From sequence record NC_028448.1: 64,000 bases of DNA; one strand, given 5' to 3'. Shown here piece by piece: positions 41,548 through 51,479 of this stretch. This DNA comes from Escherichia phage slur14. The stretch's first letter is position 1. Every line of letters starts with the position of its first letter. The position numbers were made by a program, and so were the translations under genes. Under the pieces are notes generated by a model. That model was not told where the DNA came from, did no database searches, and saw only the letters and a program-made list of their open reading frames with translations.

Positions 41548-42748
41548 ATTTTGTAATAATGTCAAACTGTTCTTTAAAACAGAAGCTTGAATCTTGATGC
41601 TGATACAAAAATTCATATGCTTTTTCTCGCTCACGGTCATAAAGAGCTCGGTCAGATGACAGTTCTTTAATACGCTCGAATGTTGATTCCATGTCATTTT
41701 CATCAAACCAAATGATACCGCTATCATGCGAGGTCAAAGGAGTATTATCAACACGGAATTTTAAATTTTCGCCAGTAGATTTCCAGAAAACAGGAATTGT
41801 ACCGCAAGCACCTAATTCAAGATGAGTATATTCTAGTGAGCGTTGTAAGTATTTCTGGTTAAGTTTACTCAACTGATATCCAAAGCCAGATTTACTCATT
41901 CGTTCAAGCATTTCACTATTAATATAACAATCTAGGATTTGTGCCGGTTGATTCGGCGTGAGATTCATTTTATCGATCTCACGATTACCGTAATATTCAT
42001 ACGGAATACCTTTTTCCTTAATTGCAATAAAAGCAGGGGAACGTTCAAGACCTTCCATTACAGTGGATTTACCAGCAGGTTTTAAGAATTTTTCGTGAAA
42101 ATCAAACATCTGGTAAAAACCTTTCCATGTAGTCGTACGACCAATCCAACGATTGATATTCATGTTAATTTCAGAAACATCTTTCCAGTAGGTTGATCGA
42201 ACTTTCGCAATATCCATAGGAGGCTGAAAGTTATATACGGTCGGTGCTTCTTCAATATCATCAAACAGAGAAACAGTTTCCGGATACCATTCTTTCATCA
42301 AAACTTTATTAAAGTCACCATTATCAGAATGGCTAAAAATAACATCAGCTCGACGAACAGTTTCTTCTAATCCCAAATTTCGACGCAAAGAAAGAACAGA
42401 ATGATCATGCTGATAAACTACAACACGAATAGAAGGTTTAATATTATCTAAAAGTTTTTTATAGTTATTAATCGTGGCTTCTTGAACGGAAGTAGCAGGA
42501 ACAGAATTAATAATTAGAATATCACAATCATTTACCAGCTTAAGTGCTTTATCGTATTCTTTAGCTAAAATAACTGGAATTGAAAATGATTTGTGGTCAT
42601 GAGAACTTGTACGAGTAAATGATTTATCTTTAGCATAAACCAAAGTTACTTCATGACCATTCTTAATAAACCAATCACGTTGCTCAAGAGAAAATTTAGT
42701 TACACCACAACCTTCAAGACCTCGAGCCATAAAAATACATACTTTCAT
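41546..42748 (-). CDS. a-gt: alpha-glucosyltransferase
   Basis: 400 aa; near-identical to T4 alpha-gt from memory. Confidence 0.95.
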   Translation of the reverse strand: MKVCIFMARGLEGCGVTKFSLEQRDWFIKNGHEVTLVYAKDKSFTRTSSHDHKSFSIPVILAKEYDKALKLVNDCDILIINSVPATSVQEATINNYKKLLDNIKPSIRVVVYQHDHSVLSLRRNLGLEETVRRADVIFSHSDNGDFNKVLMKEWYPETVSLFDDIEEAPTVYNFQPPMDIAKVRSTYWKDVSEINMNINRWIGRTTTWKGFYQMFDFHEKFLKPAGKSTVMEGLERSPAFIAIKEKGIPYEYYGNREIDKMNLTPNQPAQILDCYINSEMLERMSKSGFGYQLSKLNQKYLQRSLEYTHLELGACGTIPVFWKSTGENLKFRVDNTPLTSHDSGIIWFDENDMESTFERIKELSSDRALYDREREKAYEFLYQHQDSSFCFKEQFDIITK

Positions 42749-42799
42749 TTAATATCCTCTTTGTTTTGGTTTATTTTATCAAAAATTTATAAAGCAATA

Positions 42800-42817
42800 T
42801 AGGAGCCGAAGCTCCTA
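42800..42817 (-). terminator. tetraloop hairpin
   Basis: TAGGAGC-CGAA-GCTCCTA. Confidence 0.4.
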
Positions 42818-42931
42818 TCCGCATAATACGCCATACAGAGGCTCATTAGAACTTTTAAATTTTATGCGCTTATATGTTATAGTTCCTTCTGCTTTAGCTT
42901 TATCATGAGACTCTTTAAAGCGTCTCATCAT
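42815..42931 (-). CDS. small basic ORF (38 aa)
   Basis: Manual translation MMRRFKESHDKAKAEG...; GAGGAA SD; stop lies in hairpin. Confidence 0.3.
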   Translation of the reverse strand: MMRRFKESHDKAKAEGTITYKRIKFKSSNEPLYGVLCG

Positions 42932-42991
42932 TTCCTCTTTAGAGGAACGAATTTTATTATAATCTATTTCACAAGTCTGGGCGTTCATCTT

Positions 42992-43195
42992 TCACAGTTG
43001 CCACCATTTTTTGACTTGATAAGAATCAACCCACACTTTCATATTAGGGTCTGCTCTTACAATAGGAGGATTAACTTCTTTAATTGAACTATCATGGTAT
43101 TCTTTTTCAGAAATTTTCACGCAAAGATGACCATTCAAAGATTCAGTAAATCCTGCATTAATTTTAAGACGCTTGAATTTTACGTGTGTAAGCAT
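42992..43195 (-). CDS. hypothetical protein (67 aa)
   Basis: Track ORF starts at TTG; trimmed to ATG with GAGGA SD. Confidence 0.45.
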   Translation of the reverse strand: MLTHVKFKRLKINAGFTESLNGHLCVKISEKEYHDSSIKEVNPPIVRADPNMKVWVDSYQVKKWWQL

Positions 43196-43481
43196 CAATC
43201 ATATCCTCAATTTGCGATCTAGTAGTCTTCCAAAGAATACTGATGAGTTCATCGTTATATGGCTGTTTTAGAATATCCCGACTTTTCTTGATAGCATATT
43301 CGTATTGAGCAAAATTATTGTTTTCAGCTGCGATCTGAGCGTGCTTATAAAGACGATTCAGTTCGCGTTTGTTTTTAGACAATAACTTATTTGCTTTTCT
43401 TTCTGCTTCAAGACGGTTCTTTTCTTCAATAGAAGAAATAAGCTTTTCCACTTCATCATTAATTTCGGGTTTATCAGTCAT
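43164..43481 (-). CDS. hypothetical helical protein (105 aa)
   Basis: ORF track. Confidence 0.55.
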   Translation of the reverse strand: MTDKPEINDEVEKLISSIEEKNRLEAERKANKLLSKNKRELNRLYKHAQIAAENNNFAQYEYAIKKSRDILKQPYNDELISILWKTTRSQIEDMIDAYTRKIQAS

Positions 43482-43482
43482 A

Positions 43483-43701
43483 TTATTTCTCTAATATAAA
43501 ATAAAAATCATCATCTGTTAAATGATACCGATAGTTTAATTCTACACCATTAGATTTAAAAGCGGTATCATACGGATTTTCTGGATCAATATCAATGTCA
43601 AGAGCTAAAACTTCCCTGAGATACATTTTAAGTAAATAGGGAATAGCTTCAACTTCAGGTATTTCTTCCAAGAATCCGGAGAGGTTAATCGTTAGCCTCA
43701 T
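43483..43701 (-). CDS. hypothetical protein (72 aa)
   Basis: ORF track. Confidence 0.5.
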
Positions 43702-44242
43702 ATAAAAAATCCAAACTAGGAGAATCGTCTACAACACTTTTCTTTTCAGCCCCTGGTGTTCTATAGGTTGATTCTTCGTAATGCGTCATTTTATCGTAGA
43801 TGTCTTGAATAAAAGTTTCATCTACTAACGCAACCATATCGTCGTCACGACTGTCATAGACATTGTGAACGAAGTAACTATATTTCTTTGCAACTTCCTT
43901 ACGTTCTTTTTTAATACGTTGGACGAATGCATTAAAACAAGCTTGAGTTATATACGCATGTGGGTTTTTATATTTCGTTTCATCAAAATTGTGAAGCCCC
44001 TTAATAGAAGCTTCTATACCATCTGCAATCATTTCTTGTTTCCAAGACTGGGTGTATCCTGAAAAGTTGAAACGTTTAGATAAGCCTTCTGCAATAAGCA
44101 TAATGGCTAATCCGATAGTATCATTCTGACGAACTACTTTATTTGGGTCTTTATTATTTGCTAATTCTGTTTTCCAATCAATAATAGCTTGTAAAAGCTC
44201 TTTATTGTTTACGTAATTATATTTAGGCTTAGTTTCTGACAT
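43685..44242 (-). CDS. 55: late-transcription sigma factor gp55
   Basis: Track ORF starts at GTG; trimmed to [17 protein letters not shown] (185 aa). Confidence 0.93.
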
Positions 44243-44320
44243 TTTCACCTCTTAGCTCAATTCATAGATCTATTATATCATAATATTTGAAGATCTATCT
44301 TAAAGCACAGAGGATATCAG

Positions 44321-44590
44321 TTATCTAAGTAAGCAGTATGCTTGGAACACTTTCTCCATCATCTTTTTAAATTCATGAATATCTATATAATGACTAGTTA
44401 AATCAGCATGATATAAAAAGTCTAAAAACTTTTTATGGGTATTAGAATATTTACTTCCAGTTAATTCAGAAACATGGCTTTCCCAATATCCAACACCAGT
44501 TTTATTTGGGAAAAATGAAATTTTCATGTATTGGTCAACATAGAAAATACCAAAATTTTCAATAGCAATAGAAATATTAATTAATTTCAT
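44321..44590 (-). CDS. hypothetical protein (89 aa)
   Basis: ORF track. Confidence 0.5.
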   Translation of the reverse strand: MKLINISIAIENFGIFYVDQYMKISFFPNKTGVGYWESHVSELTGSKYSNTHKKFLDFLYHADLTSHYIDIHEFKKMMEKVFQAYCLLR

Positions 44591-45132
44591 ACATTCATCA
44601 ACTTAGCCGCTTCAAGAGCTGCATCTAGTGAATCAAATTGGTCAACATATTCAATCAATTCGCCGTAATTGGCATATAACCACCATTGGCTAAATTCATA
44701 CTCAAGGATGAATCCATTTCCTTCAATTTGAGTTAAACCAATGCCATTTGTATTTACTTCATATCCGGCAAGACGCAAATCGTTAATAAGAGCTTCGTTC
44801 ATAATTATTACCTTAGTAATTTTCAGGTCTGCAAATTTTTTCTTGCGTTGATTTTTCATGCGACGAATAGTTTTATCGGAAATTTCATGCTTTTGATAAG
44901 CTTTAGATTCTACACCAAAAGCTTTAACATCAAATTCTGACAAGATATATTGAACCAACAATTCACGGACAGTATTGCGTCCAATCTTCTGATCATTCTG
45001 TTTCATCATCTGATGAAGCTCTTTTTCCCATTTATCCAAAATTTGAGGAGTTACAATATCGCCTTTTTCTAGCAAAGAAACTACTTTATCGTATGCGTAA
45101 GAATTAATGACGTTTTTAATTTGAATAGTCAT
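44587..45132 (-). CDS. hypothetical protein (181 aa)
   Basis: ORF track; hairpin downstream. Confidence 0.55.
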   Translation of the reverse strand: MTIQIKNVINSYAYDKVVSLLEKGDIVTPQILDKWEKELHQMMKQNDQKIGRNTVRELLVQYILSEFDVKAFGVESKAYQKHEISDKTIRRMKNQRKKKFADLKITKVIIMNEALINDLRLAGYEVNTNGIGLTQIEGNGFILEYEFSQWWLYANYGELIEYVDQFDSLDAALEAAKLMNV

Positions 45133-45170
45133 ACATTATCCTCAATTACGTTAAAATTTTATTATCCAAA

Positions 45171-45186
45171 AAGGGCCGAAGCCCTT
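45171..45186 (-). terminator. tetraloop hairpin
   Basis: AAGGGC-CGAA-GCCCTT; minus strand followed by U-run. Confidence 0.5.
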
Positions 45187-45385
45187 AGCTAAACTTTTTG
45201 GCACCCTTCCAGCCTTCGTACATCATTGCGGCTGATATTAATATTGCTCCTGAGCAACTTGAATATTTGTGATTCCAAAACCAGTTCAGAAAAACTTCGT
45301 CATCAATACCTTGGGCTATCATATTTTCAAAGAACTGACGACGAGCTTCGGCAATTCGTTGTGATAATTTAGATTCAGGATTCAT
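45185..45385 (-). CDS. hypothetical protein (66 aa)
   Basis: ORF track. Confidence 0.5.
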   Translation of the reverse strand: MNPESKLSQRIAEARRQFFENMIAQGIDDEVFLNWFWNHKYSSCSGAILISAAMMYEGWKGAKKFS

Positions 45386-45517
45386 TTAAATTTTCCAGTT
45401 ACCGTTTTCATCAATAAATTTAATCCAGTCATTTACTGACCACTTGGTCGTATCGCCTTTTGGAGCAATATTTAAAGTGTATAATCCTTGTTTAAAAAGC
45501 ATGCGTTTGATATTCAT
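45386..45517 (-). CDS. small protein (43 aa)
   Basis: Track ORF trimmed to ATG with GAGGAAAAT SD. Confidence 0.4.
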   Translation of the reverse strand: MNIKRMLFKQGLYTLNIAPKGDTTKWSVNDWIKFIDENGNWKI

Positions 45518-45524
45518 ATTTTCC

Positions 45525-45818
45525 TCAGCTGTAACGATAGCACTCGTTTGATTTACGCTTAGCAACTCGTTGAGAAGTATTGTAATCAAAATCATCGTCA
45601 ATGTAAACTGATTTTTTCAACTTTCTTACTTCACCGCGTAATTGACGATTTAGCTCATCTTTAACTTCTGAATCAATGCCTTTCATTCTACGCCATTTAT
45701 CTGAGCGAAAAATGTTTTCAACCATATCTTTATGACTTACCCCATCAGGAGCTTTACGCTTTCCGAAATAGTCATAATCACGCACTTTTAAGTCTTTACG
45801 ACGATACGTTTTACCCAT
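45525..45818 (-). CDS. basic protein (97 aa)
   Basis: Track ORF trimmed to MGKTYRRKDL start. Confidence 0.45.
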   Translation of the reverse strand: MGKTYRRKDLKVRDYDYFGKRKAPDGVSHKDMVENIFRSDKWRRMKGIDSEVKDELNRQLRGEVRKLKKSVYIDDDFDYNTSQRVAKRKSNECYRYS

Positions 45819-45993
45819 GGAGTTTAATTTCCTTAGCAACTGAACTAAATACAGCACGATCACAAATCATGCGTTTATGTAACTTGAGTATAATATAGCA
45901 AACTTCAAAACTATTTACATGAGTAACACGAACAGCATTACCATTAATGAGATAATACTGTCCCTTTTTAATTTCTTTATCAACCATAACCAT
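45811..45993 (-). CDS. hypothetical protein (60 aa)
   Basis: ORF track; early promoter upstream. Confidence 0.5.
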   Translation of the reverse strand: MVMVDKEIKKGQYYLINGNAVRVTHVNSFEVCYIILKLHKRMICDRAVFSSVAKEIKLHG

Positions 45994-46017
45994 ATCAATT
46001 CCTCAAAGGCAATTCAT

Positions 46018-46053
46018 ATGTTAATAATACCACAGTTTGAGCTCGTTGTAAAC
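46018..46053 (-). promoter_or_regulatory. early promoter
   Basis: GTTTAC ... TGGTATTAT on minus strand. Confidence 0.55.
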
Positions 46054-46134
46054 AACTTTGTGAAAATTATTTTAGGGAATGATAAGAAAGGAACGATAGC
46101 TTAGAATGGTAATATACAGAATGCGAGAAAGAAA

Positions 46135-46147
46135 GGCCCAGAGGGCC
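46135..46147 (-). terminator. hairpin downstream of nrdH
   Basis: GGCCC-AGA-GGGCC. Confidence 0.4.
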
Positions 46148-46151
46148 CGTC

Positions 46152-46460
46152 TTAGTCTTCTATGATATCTCTATCATATCCAAGTGAAATGAGAGTTTCT
46201 TTGAAGTGTTTAATGTTCTTTTGTCTGGAATCATTGATGAAAATGACTGGATAACGAATGTTAAGAGATGTGAATCCAGCGCGTTTAGCAAGAGATACAA
46301 TCAGTGGACGATCATACTCAATCTTACCATTATTTGTAAGAACTTTATAGAAAGTAAAAGGAGCATTGAGCTCCTTTAGAAGTTTTGTAACTGATTGACA
46401 TCCAGGACAACGACCAACTTCATCTGGAATTCCATAGACTTCAATCTTATTTTGTTTCAC
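46152..46460 (-). CDS. nrdH: glutaredoxin-like protein NrdH
   Basis: 102 aa; CPGC redox motif; adjacent to nrdG/nrdD. Confidence 0.85.
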   Translation of the reverse strand: MKQNKIEVYGIPDEVGRCPGCQSVTKLLKELNAPFTFYKVLTNNGKIEYDRPLIVSLAKRAGFTSLNIRYPVIFINDSRQKNIKHFKETLISLGYDRDIIED

Positions 46461-46462
46461 AA

Positions 46463-46675
46463 CTATTCCTTACTAAGAGCAGCATTCAGCTTGTTAGTAA
46501 TTTTATCCAGACGCTCATTGAACTCACTAGAAGATAAGCCCTTTTCTGGAGAAATCAAACTAATCACGAAAAATATAGCAATAAAAGGAATAAGGAAAAT
46601 AGCTCCAACTGCCATAAACAGAAAGAATGTTACAGTTGTAAGAAAATCAGCTAAACCTTTACGAAATTTATACAT
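46463..46675 (-). CDS. small membrane protein (70 aa)
   Basis: One TM segment. Confidence 0.5.
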   Translation of the reverse strand: MYKFRKGLADFLTTVTFFLFMAVGAIFLIPFIAIFFVISLISPEKGLSSSEFNERLDKITNKLNAALSKE

Positions 46676-46790
46676 ATTTTACCCTTAATTGATTAACCAA
46701 GCATTGATAAGCACTAAACTATATTGGGAATAAAATTCTGGACCAAAATGAAAAATCATATCATTTATAGTATCCATAATGTAATTCAAT

Positions 46791-47261
46791 TTAATCATGT
46801 TTCCACACCCCATCGGTATTTGACCAAAGCCGCTGATTATCTGATCCTCGCCACAGCTTTTTAGTCGGAAGATTTTTCTCATACTTCCCATCAATAATAA
46901 CATCAACATATTTAAGCATTTCTAGCTGTTTAACATCTTCAAACTTATATCCTGTCCACAACCAAATGCTTTTATTGGGATAAAGATTTTTTACTGTTTG
47001 AACAATGCAATGAATAACATCTCGGTTATCAGGATAGAGAGGGTCACCTCCAGTTATAGTCAATCCTTCTATATAATCATTATTCAAACATTCAATTAAT
47101 TGCTCTAGTGTTTCACCAGTGAATGGAATACCATTTCTAGCATTCCATGTTGATTTATTATAACACCCTTCACATTTATGCAAACAACCTGTAACGAAAA
47201 GAACGGTCCTGCAGCCAGGACCATTAATAAAATCGCAAGGATAAAATCTATCATAATTCAT
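46791..47261 (-). CDS. nrdG: anaerobic ribonucleotide reductase activating protein NrdG (radical SAM)
   Basis: 156 aa; CxxxCxxC motif CLHKCEGC. Confidence 0.92.
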   Translation of the reverse strand: MNYDRFYPCDFINGPGCRTVLFVTGCLHKCEGCYNKSTWNARNGIPFTGETLEQLIECLNNDYIEGLTITGGDPLYPDNRDVIHCIVQTVKNLYPNKSIWLWTGYKFEDVKQLEMLKYVDVIIDGKYEKNLPTKKLWRGSDNQRLWSNTDGVWKHD

Positions 47262-49075
47262 TGGTGTTTAACCCTATGCATGATTTCTTTATTTTTGCCG
47301 AGATTAAATCCGCGTTCGTTCGGGTTTCCAAGATAGCCGCATGTTCTTCTTATTGTGTTCATCTTTTTAGGATCAGTTTCTCCACAAATAGAACAAACAA
47401 ATCCGTTTTCAGTAGGAGTCATTTCATGAGTGCTTCCACACGTAAAACATTTATCTACTGGCATGTTAACACCAAAATAATCTAAATGTTGTGCAGCATA
47501 ATCCCATACAGCCTCAAGACCTTTTAGGTTATTTTTCATATCAGGAAGTTCAACATAAGAAATGTGACCACCTGTCGCAATGAAATGATATGGTGCTTCA
47601 CGAGAAATCTTTTCAAACGGAGTGATATTTTCTTCTACTGAAACATGGAAACTATTAGTGTACCAACCTTTATCAGTAACATCTTTTACGCTTCCATATT
47701 TTTCAGTATCAAGTTTACAGAAGCGATAGCAAAGGTTTTCAGCAGGAGTAGAATACAAGCTAAAAGCAAAACCGGTTCTTTCGGTCCACTGTTTAAGATG
47801 AGCATTCATCTTAGTTAAAATTTCTTGTCCAATATCACGACCGACAAGAATATTCAATTCGTGAATACCAATGTATCCTAAGGACACTGAACTTCTACCG
47901 TTTTTAAATAACTCAATTATGTCGTCATCAGGTTTAAGACGAACCCCGAATGCACCTTCTTGGTAAAGAATAGGAGCAACAGTAGCTTTAACTCCTTTTA
48001 AGGAACTAATTCTACACATCAAAGCTTCAAAACACAAATCCATACGTTCATTAAATAGCTCAACAAATTTCTGTTCATTGAACTGTGTTCCAATATAAGA
48101 ATCTAACGCGATGCGAGGAAGATTCAGTGTTACAACACCAAGATTATTACGTCCATCAAGAATTTCATTACCAGTCGAATCTTTCCATACGCTCAAGAAA
48201 CTACGGCATCCCATCGGAGAAACAGGAACAGATGAACCAGTGATAGCTTTATTGTTCTTGGCTGAAATAATATCAGGATACATCCTTTTGCTTGCGCACT
48301 CTAGAGCAAGCTGCTTAATATCATAGTTCGGATCGTCTTTGTAAAGATTAACGCCTTCTTCGACGAACATAACAAGCTTAGGGAAAATAGGAGTTATCCC
48401 ATCACGACCAAGACCTTTAATACGATTTTTCAGAATTGCTTTCTGAATCATTCGTTCAGTCCAGTCAGTTCCCGTACCAAATGTAATTGTTACAAAAGGT
48501 GTTTGCCCGTTTGAACTAAAGAGAGTATTTACTTCATATTCATAAGCTTGGAATGCATCGTATACGTCTTTTTCTGTTTTAGATTGAGCATAATTCAACG
48601 CATCAGCGATTTGCCATTTTTCTGCATCCTCAATATGTTTTGCATATGTGCGTTTAACATAAGGAGAAAGTACTTTATCTACATTCGCAAAAGTCGTTCC
48701 GCCATATTGATGGGAAGCAACCTGTGCAGTAATTTGTGCCATAATTGCAGTAGCAACGCCAATTGATTTAGGAGTTTCAATCTGTGCATTACCAAGCTTA
48801 AATCCGTTCTCAAGCATTCCTTTTAAATCTACTAAACAGCAATTAGTAAATGGAAGAGCAGGGGAATAATCAATATCATGGAAATGAATAATTCCGCTTT
48901 CATGCGCTTTCATAATAAAAGACGGGACCATATTTTTGGCAATGTGTTTAGACACAATACCAGCCATAAGGTCCCGTTGAGTTGGAAAAACACGAGAATC
49001 TTTATTAGCATTCTCGTTCAAAAGGTCTTTATTAGTTTTATGAATCAATCCTTCAATTTCTTTTTCAATTGTCAT
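47258..49075 (-). CDS. nrdD: anaerobic ribonucleoside-triphosphate reductase NrdD
   Basis: 605 aa uninterrupted; C-terminal glycyl-radical and Cys-rich region. Confidence 0.95.
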   Translation of the reverse strand: MTIEKEIEGLIHKTNKDLLNENANKDSRVFPTQRDLMAGIVSKHIAKNMVPSFIMKAHESGIIHFHDIDYSPALPFTNCCLVDLKGMLENGFKLGNAQIETPKSIGVATAIMAQITAQVASHQYGGTTFANVDKVLSPYVKRTYAKHIEDAEKWQIADALNYAQSKTEKDVYDAFQAYEYEVNTLFSSNGQTPFVTITFGTGTDWTERMIQKAILKNRIKGLGRDGITPIFPKLVMFVEEGVNLYKDDPNYDIKQLALECASKRMYPDIISAKNNKAITGSSVPVSPMGCRSFLSVWKDSTGNEILDGRNNLGVVTLNLPRIALDSYIGTQFNEQKFVELFNERMDLCFEALMCRISSLKGVKATVAPILYQEGAFGVRLKPDDDIIELFKNGRSSVSLGYIGIHELNILVGRDIGQEILTKMNAHLKQWTERTGFAFSLYSTPAENLCYRFCKLDTEKYGSVKDVTDKGWYTNSFHVSVEENITPFEKISREAPYHFIATGGHISYVELPDMKNNLKGLEAVWDYAAQHLDYFGVNMPVDKCFTCGSTHEMTPTENGFVCSICGETDPKKMNTIRRTCGYLGNPNERGFNLGKNKEIMHRVKHQ

Positions 49076-49545
49076 TTTAAACTCTTTCTAAGCTGCTTCT
49101 TGAATGAAGCTATTAACTGTGTTTTTGTGTCAGATTCATTATATTCAAATCCTCTTTGAAGCATCTCGGCCATCATTTCCTCTTTTCCTAAACGAGAAAA
49201 TTCCTTTGATTTATCTCCAACAAAGTTAGGGTGAATATTATTTTGGGTGTAATCGGATTTTAAATAAGTAAGTAAATTTTCTAACCATTCAAGATAATCA
49301 ACACCTTGTCCCTTTAAGCCAGAACGATTAAATTTGTGCTTCATTTGACCTTCTGCGGCATTGCATAGATTACAAAGCAATCCACGTACCTTTCCTGCTT
49401 TTGGTCCATTTAATTCATGGTCATGATCGAGGTGATTAGCTTGAACATCAGGATTTAGTTCTCGTTGGCAAATTAAGCATTTACCATTTTGTGCATCATA
49501 AAATTTCTGTTTTTCTTCTTTATATAATTTGCCAGTCAATAACAT
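49072..49545 (-). CDS. 49: endonuclease VII (Holliday junction resolvase) gp49
   Basis: 157 aa; zinc-binding CLICQ...HLDHDH...CNLCN; near-identical to T4 gp49 from memory. Confidence 0.95.
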   Translation of the reverse strand: MLLTGKLYKEEKQKFYDAQNGKCLICQRELNPDVQANHLDHDHELNGPKAGKVRGLLCNLCNAAEGQMKHKFNRSGLKGQGVDYLEWLENLLTYLKSDYTQNNIHPNFVGDKSKEFSRLGKEEMMAEMLQRGFEYNESDTKTQLIASFKKQLRKSLK

Positions 49546-49586
49546 AATAAACCCTTACCTTAAATAGATAAGGGTATTTATTATTT

Positions 49587-50072
49587 TCAAGTATTGTAAA
49601 ACATTTGATTCAATCGCTTATATTGCCGAATCTTTTGGTCAGAAAAAGAAATTTGAGTTTCAAGCCATTCAATATATTCTGCCGCAGCTTGCATCAGGTT
49701 ACCTTCATAGCCATCGTTATTTTCTTGTGCAGCTAATTTAGCTAATGCGTATGAAATACGTTCACCTTGAAAATCGGCTTTAGGCTTCTGAACAACTTGA
49801 TTAGTTCGCTCTACAACTTCTTCAATTTCGCCATTTTCTACTGATTCAGTATTCCACAAGCACCAATACGTAATTGGCTTATCATAGATGTTAATAATCT
49901 TTCCGTCGGAAAGTTCAATTTCAATAATTCCAGTATCAGGCTCTATATCATCTTCACATTCTTTTGCAAGTTCACGAACTTTAAAGACAGTACCTGCACT
50001 AAGTTCCGGCCAGTAATTACACAGCCCTGTATCAGCACGATTAATTCTAAACCACTTATCTACTGTAATCAT
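49587..50072 (-). CDS. pin: Pin (inhibitor of host Lon protease)
   Basis: Track ORF starts at TTG; trimmed to MITVDKWF with GGAG SD (161 aa as T4 Pin). Confidence 0.7.
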   Translation of the reverse strand: MITVDKWFRINRADTGLCNYWPELSAGTVFKVRELAKECEDDIEPDTGIIEIELSDGKIINIYDKPITYWCLWNTESVENGEIEEVVERTNQVVQKPKADFQGERISYALAKLAAQENNDGYEGNLMQAAAEYIEWLETQISFSDQKIRQYKRLNQMFYNT

Positions 50073-50109
50073 GTCCCATCTCCATATCAATTAAGTCATT
50101 TATCGTTGG

Positions 50110-50141
50110 TTCATTATATACTGTTTCTTCATCAGTGTAAA
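50110..50141 (-). promoter_or_regulatory. early promoter upstream of pin
   Basis: GTTTAC, 18-nt spacer, TATAAT on minus strand. Confidence 0.45.
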
Positions 50142-50194
50142 CCGGTTCTTCCGGCTCTGGCTCTACAGTTTCCCATCTAACCGCCCACCAAGGT

Positions 50195-50365
50195 TTAACC
50201 CCGAAGCTTATTAAGTTCTTCATAATCAATCCAGGATTCTAGTCCTGATGGCAAATCAGATTCAATTTCCCAAAGAAGCTCTTCAATTTTCTGAAGACGA
50301 TCTAGTTCTTCGGCTGGAATAGTAACCATTGACGGAGTTCTTGATACACTAATATCGTAAATCAT
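50195..50365 (-). CDS. small protein (56 aa)
   Basis: Track ORF trimmed to MIYDISV start. Confidence 0.4.
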   Translation of the reverse strand: MIYDISVSRTPSMVTIPAEELDRLQKIEELLWEIESDLPSGLESWIDYEELNKLRG

Positions 50366-50367
50366 AT

Positions 50368-50583
50368 TTACCCCAGTTTGACCATACAATCGCCATATTT
50401 CCATTTAGAAATAGACTTTTCACCGTTAGAATAATAAACTTCGAGTTTAGCACGGTTATTTTTAATTTGAATAACTTTGGCTGTCATCAAAGTTCCATAC
50501 CCGTAATAAACTGCAACCTCATCACCTACATATACCGCGCTTCCGCGGTAGTCATGGATATAATCAGTTCCTTCGAGAATCAT
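50368..50583 (-). CDS. hypothetical protein (71 aa)
   Basis: ORF track. Confidence 0.5.
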   Translation of the reverse strand: MILEGTDYIHDYRGSAVYVGDEVAVYYGYGTLMTAKVIQIKNNRAKLEVYYSNGEKSISKWKYGDCMVKLG

Positions 50584-50843
50584 TTAAAGTATTCCCGCAA
50601 TTTGTCAAATCCACCAATATAACTTCCATCAGGAGCAAATACCTGGGGCATTGTCAAGCCGATTTGAGTATCACGACCTAGTTTAGTCAGAAGCTCAGCG
50701 ATTTTCTCATCATCAAAAACACCTTTTTCCGGCATAATGTTGATAAATTCAAACGGTTGTTTCTTCACTGTCAAAAGACGTTTTGCATTATCGCAATACA
50801 CACATTTGTGGATGTTGCTATCATAACCATATACTTTAAACAT
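50580..50843 (-). CDS. nrdC: glutaredoxin NrdC
   Basis: 87 aa; CVYC active site; matches T4 NrdC from memory. Confidence 0.93.
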   Translation of the reverse strand: MFKVYGYDSNIHKCVYCDNAKRLLTVKKQPFEFINIMPEKGVFDDEKIAELLTKLGRDTQIGLTMPQVFAPDGSYIGGFDKLREYFK

Positions 50844-50844
50844 A

Positions 50845-51087
50845 TTATTCCTTAATTCCTAGTACTTGTTTAAAAGTCTCGTCGTAATCAAGACTTTGGC
50901 CCGTTTGTTCTTTATGTTTGTATATAATATCACTTACTTCTGATAGCATATTTTTATATGAACGAGTTAAAGCAGATTTAAGCACGCTGTATCTATCAGG
51001 AAATTTACCGTGTTCATTATAATAAGCTATTGCTAATTCACGGACTGCCTTTTCAGCAGTCTCCATATATTCTTTACGCTTGGTCAT
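50845..51087 (-). CDS. hypothetical protein (80 aa)
   Basis: ORF track. Confidence 0.5.
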
Positions 51088-51089
51088 TT

Positions 51090-51479
51090 TTAATCCAAAA
51101 TATTATTAGGCATTGGTTGAACACTCGCAAGTTCTTTAAAGAACTCAGTAGAGTCAGGTAATTTAACCATTTCCGGAGCATGCTTACTAAATTTATGTTT
51201 GCAATGACGGCATTTATATTCAAGTTCCGGTTTACGCCAGTTAATCAATTGAACTTGTTCAGTACCGCATTCAGGACAATTAGGAACGTTTTTAGAAGCC
51301 CTTTCGCGACGTTTAACCATAACCATAATAGCATCCCAGGCTGGAGGTTTAAAATCTAAATCATCACAACCATGAATCTTTCCGCGCATTTCCAGATCGT
51401 CTTCTTCACCAGCCATAATAATTTTAATTAGACTGGAATTACTTGAAGCTGCAATATCTTCTAATAGACGCTTTTTCAT
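51090..51479 (-). CDS. hypothetical zinc-ribbon protein (129 aa)
   Basis: CPECG...CRHC motif. Confidence 0.55.

Noticed and set aside
42905-43087. Plus-strand ORF 42905..43087
   Set aside because: No SD, low-complexity product, and it overlaps minus-strand ORFs that have SD sequences.
47258-49075. Group I intron or homing endonuclease in nrdD
   Set aside because: Uninterrupted 605-aa ORF; no intron-like insertion or endonuclease ORF.
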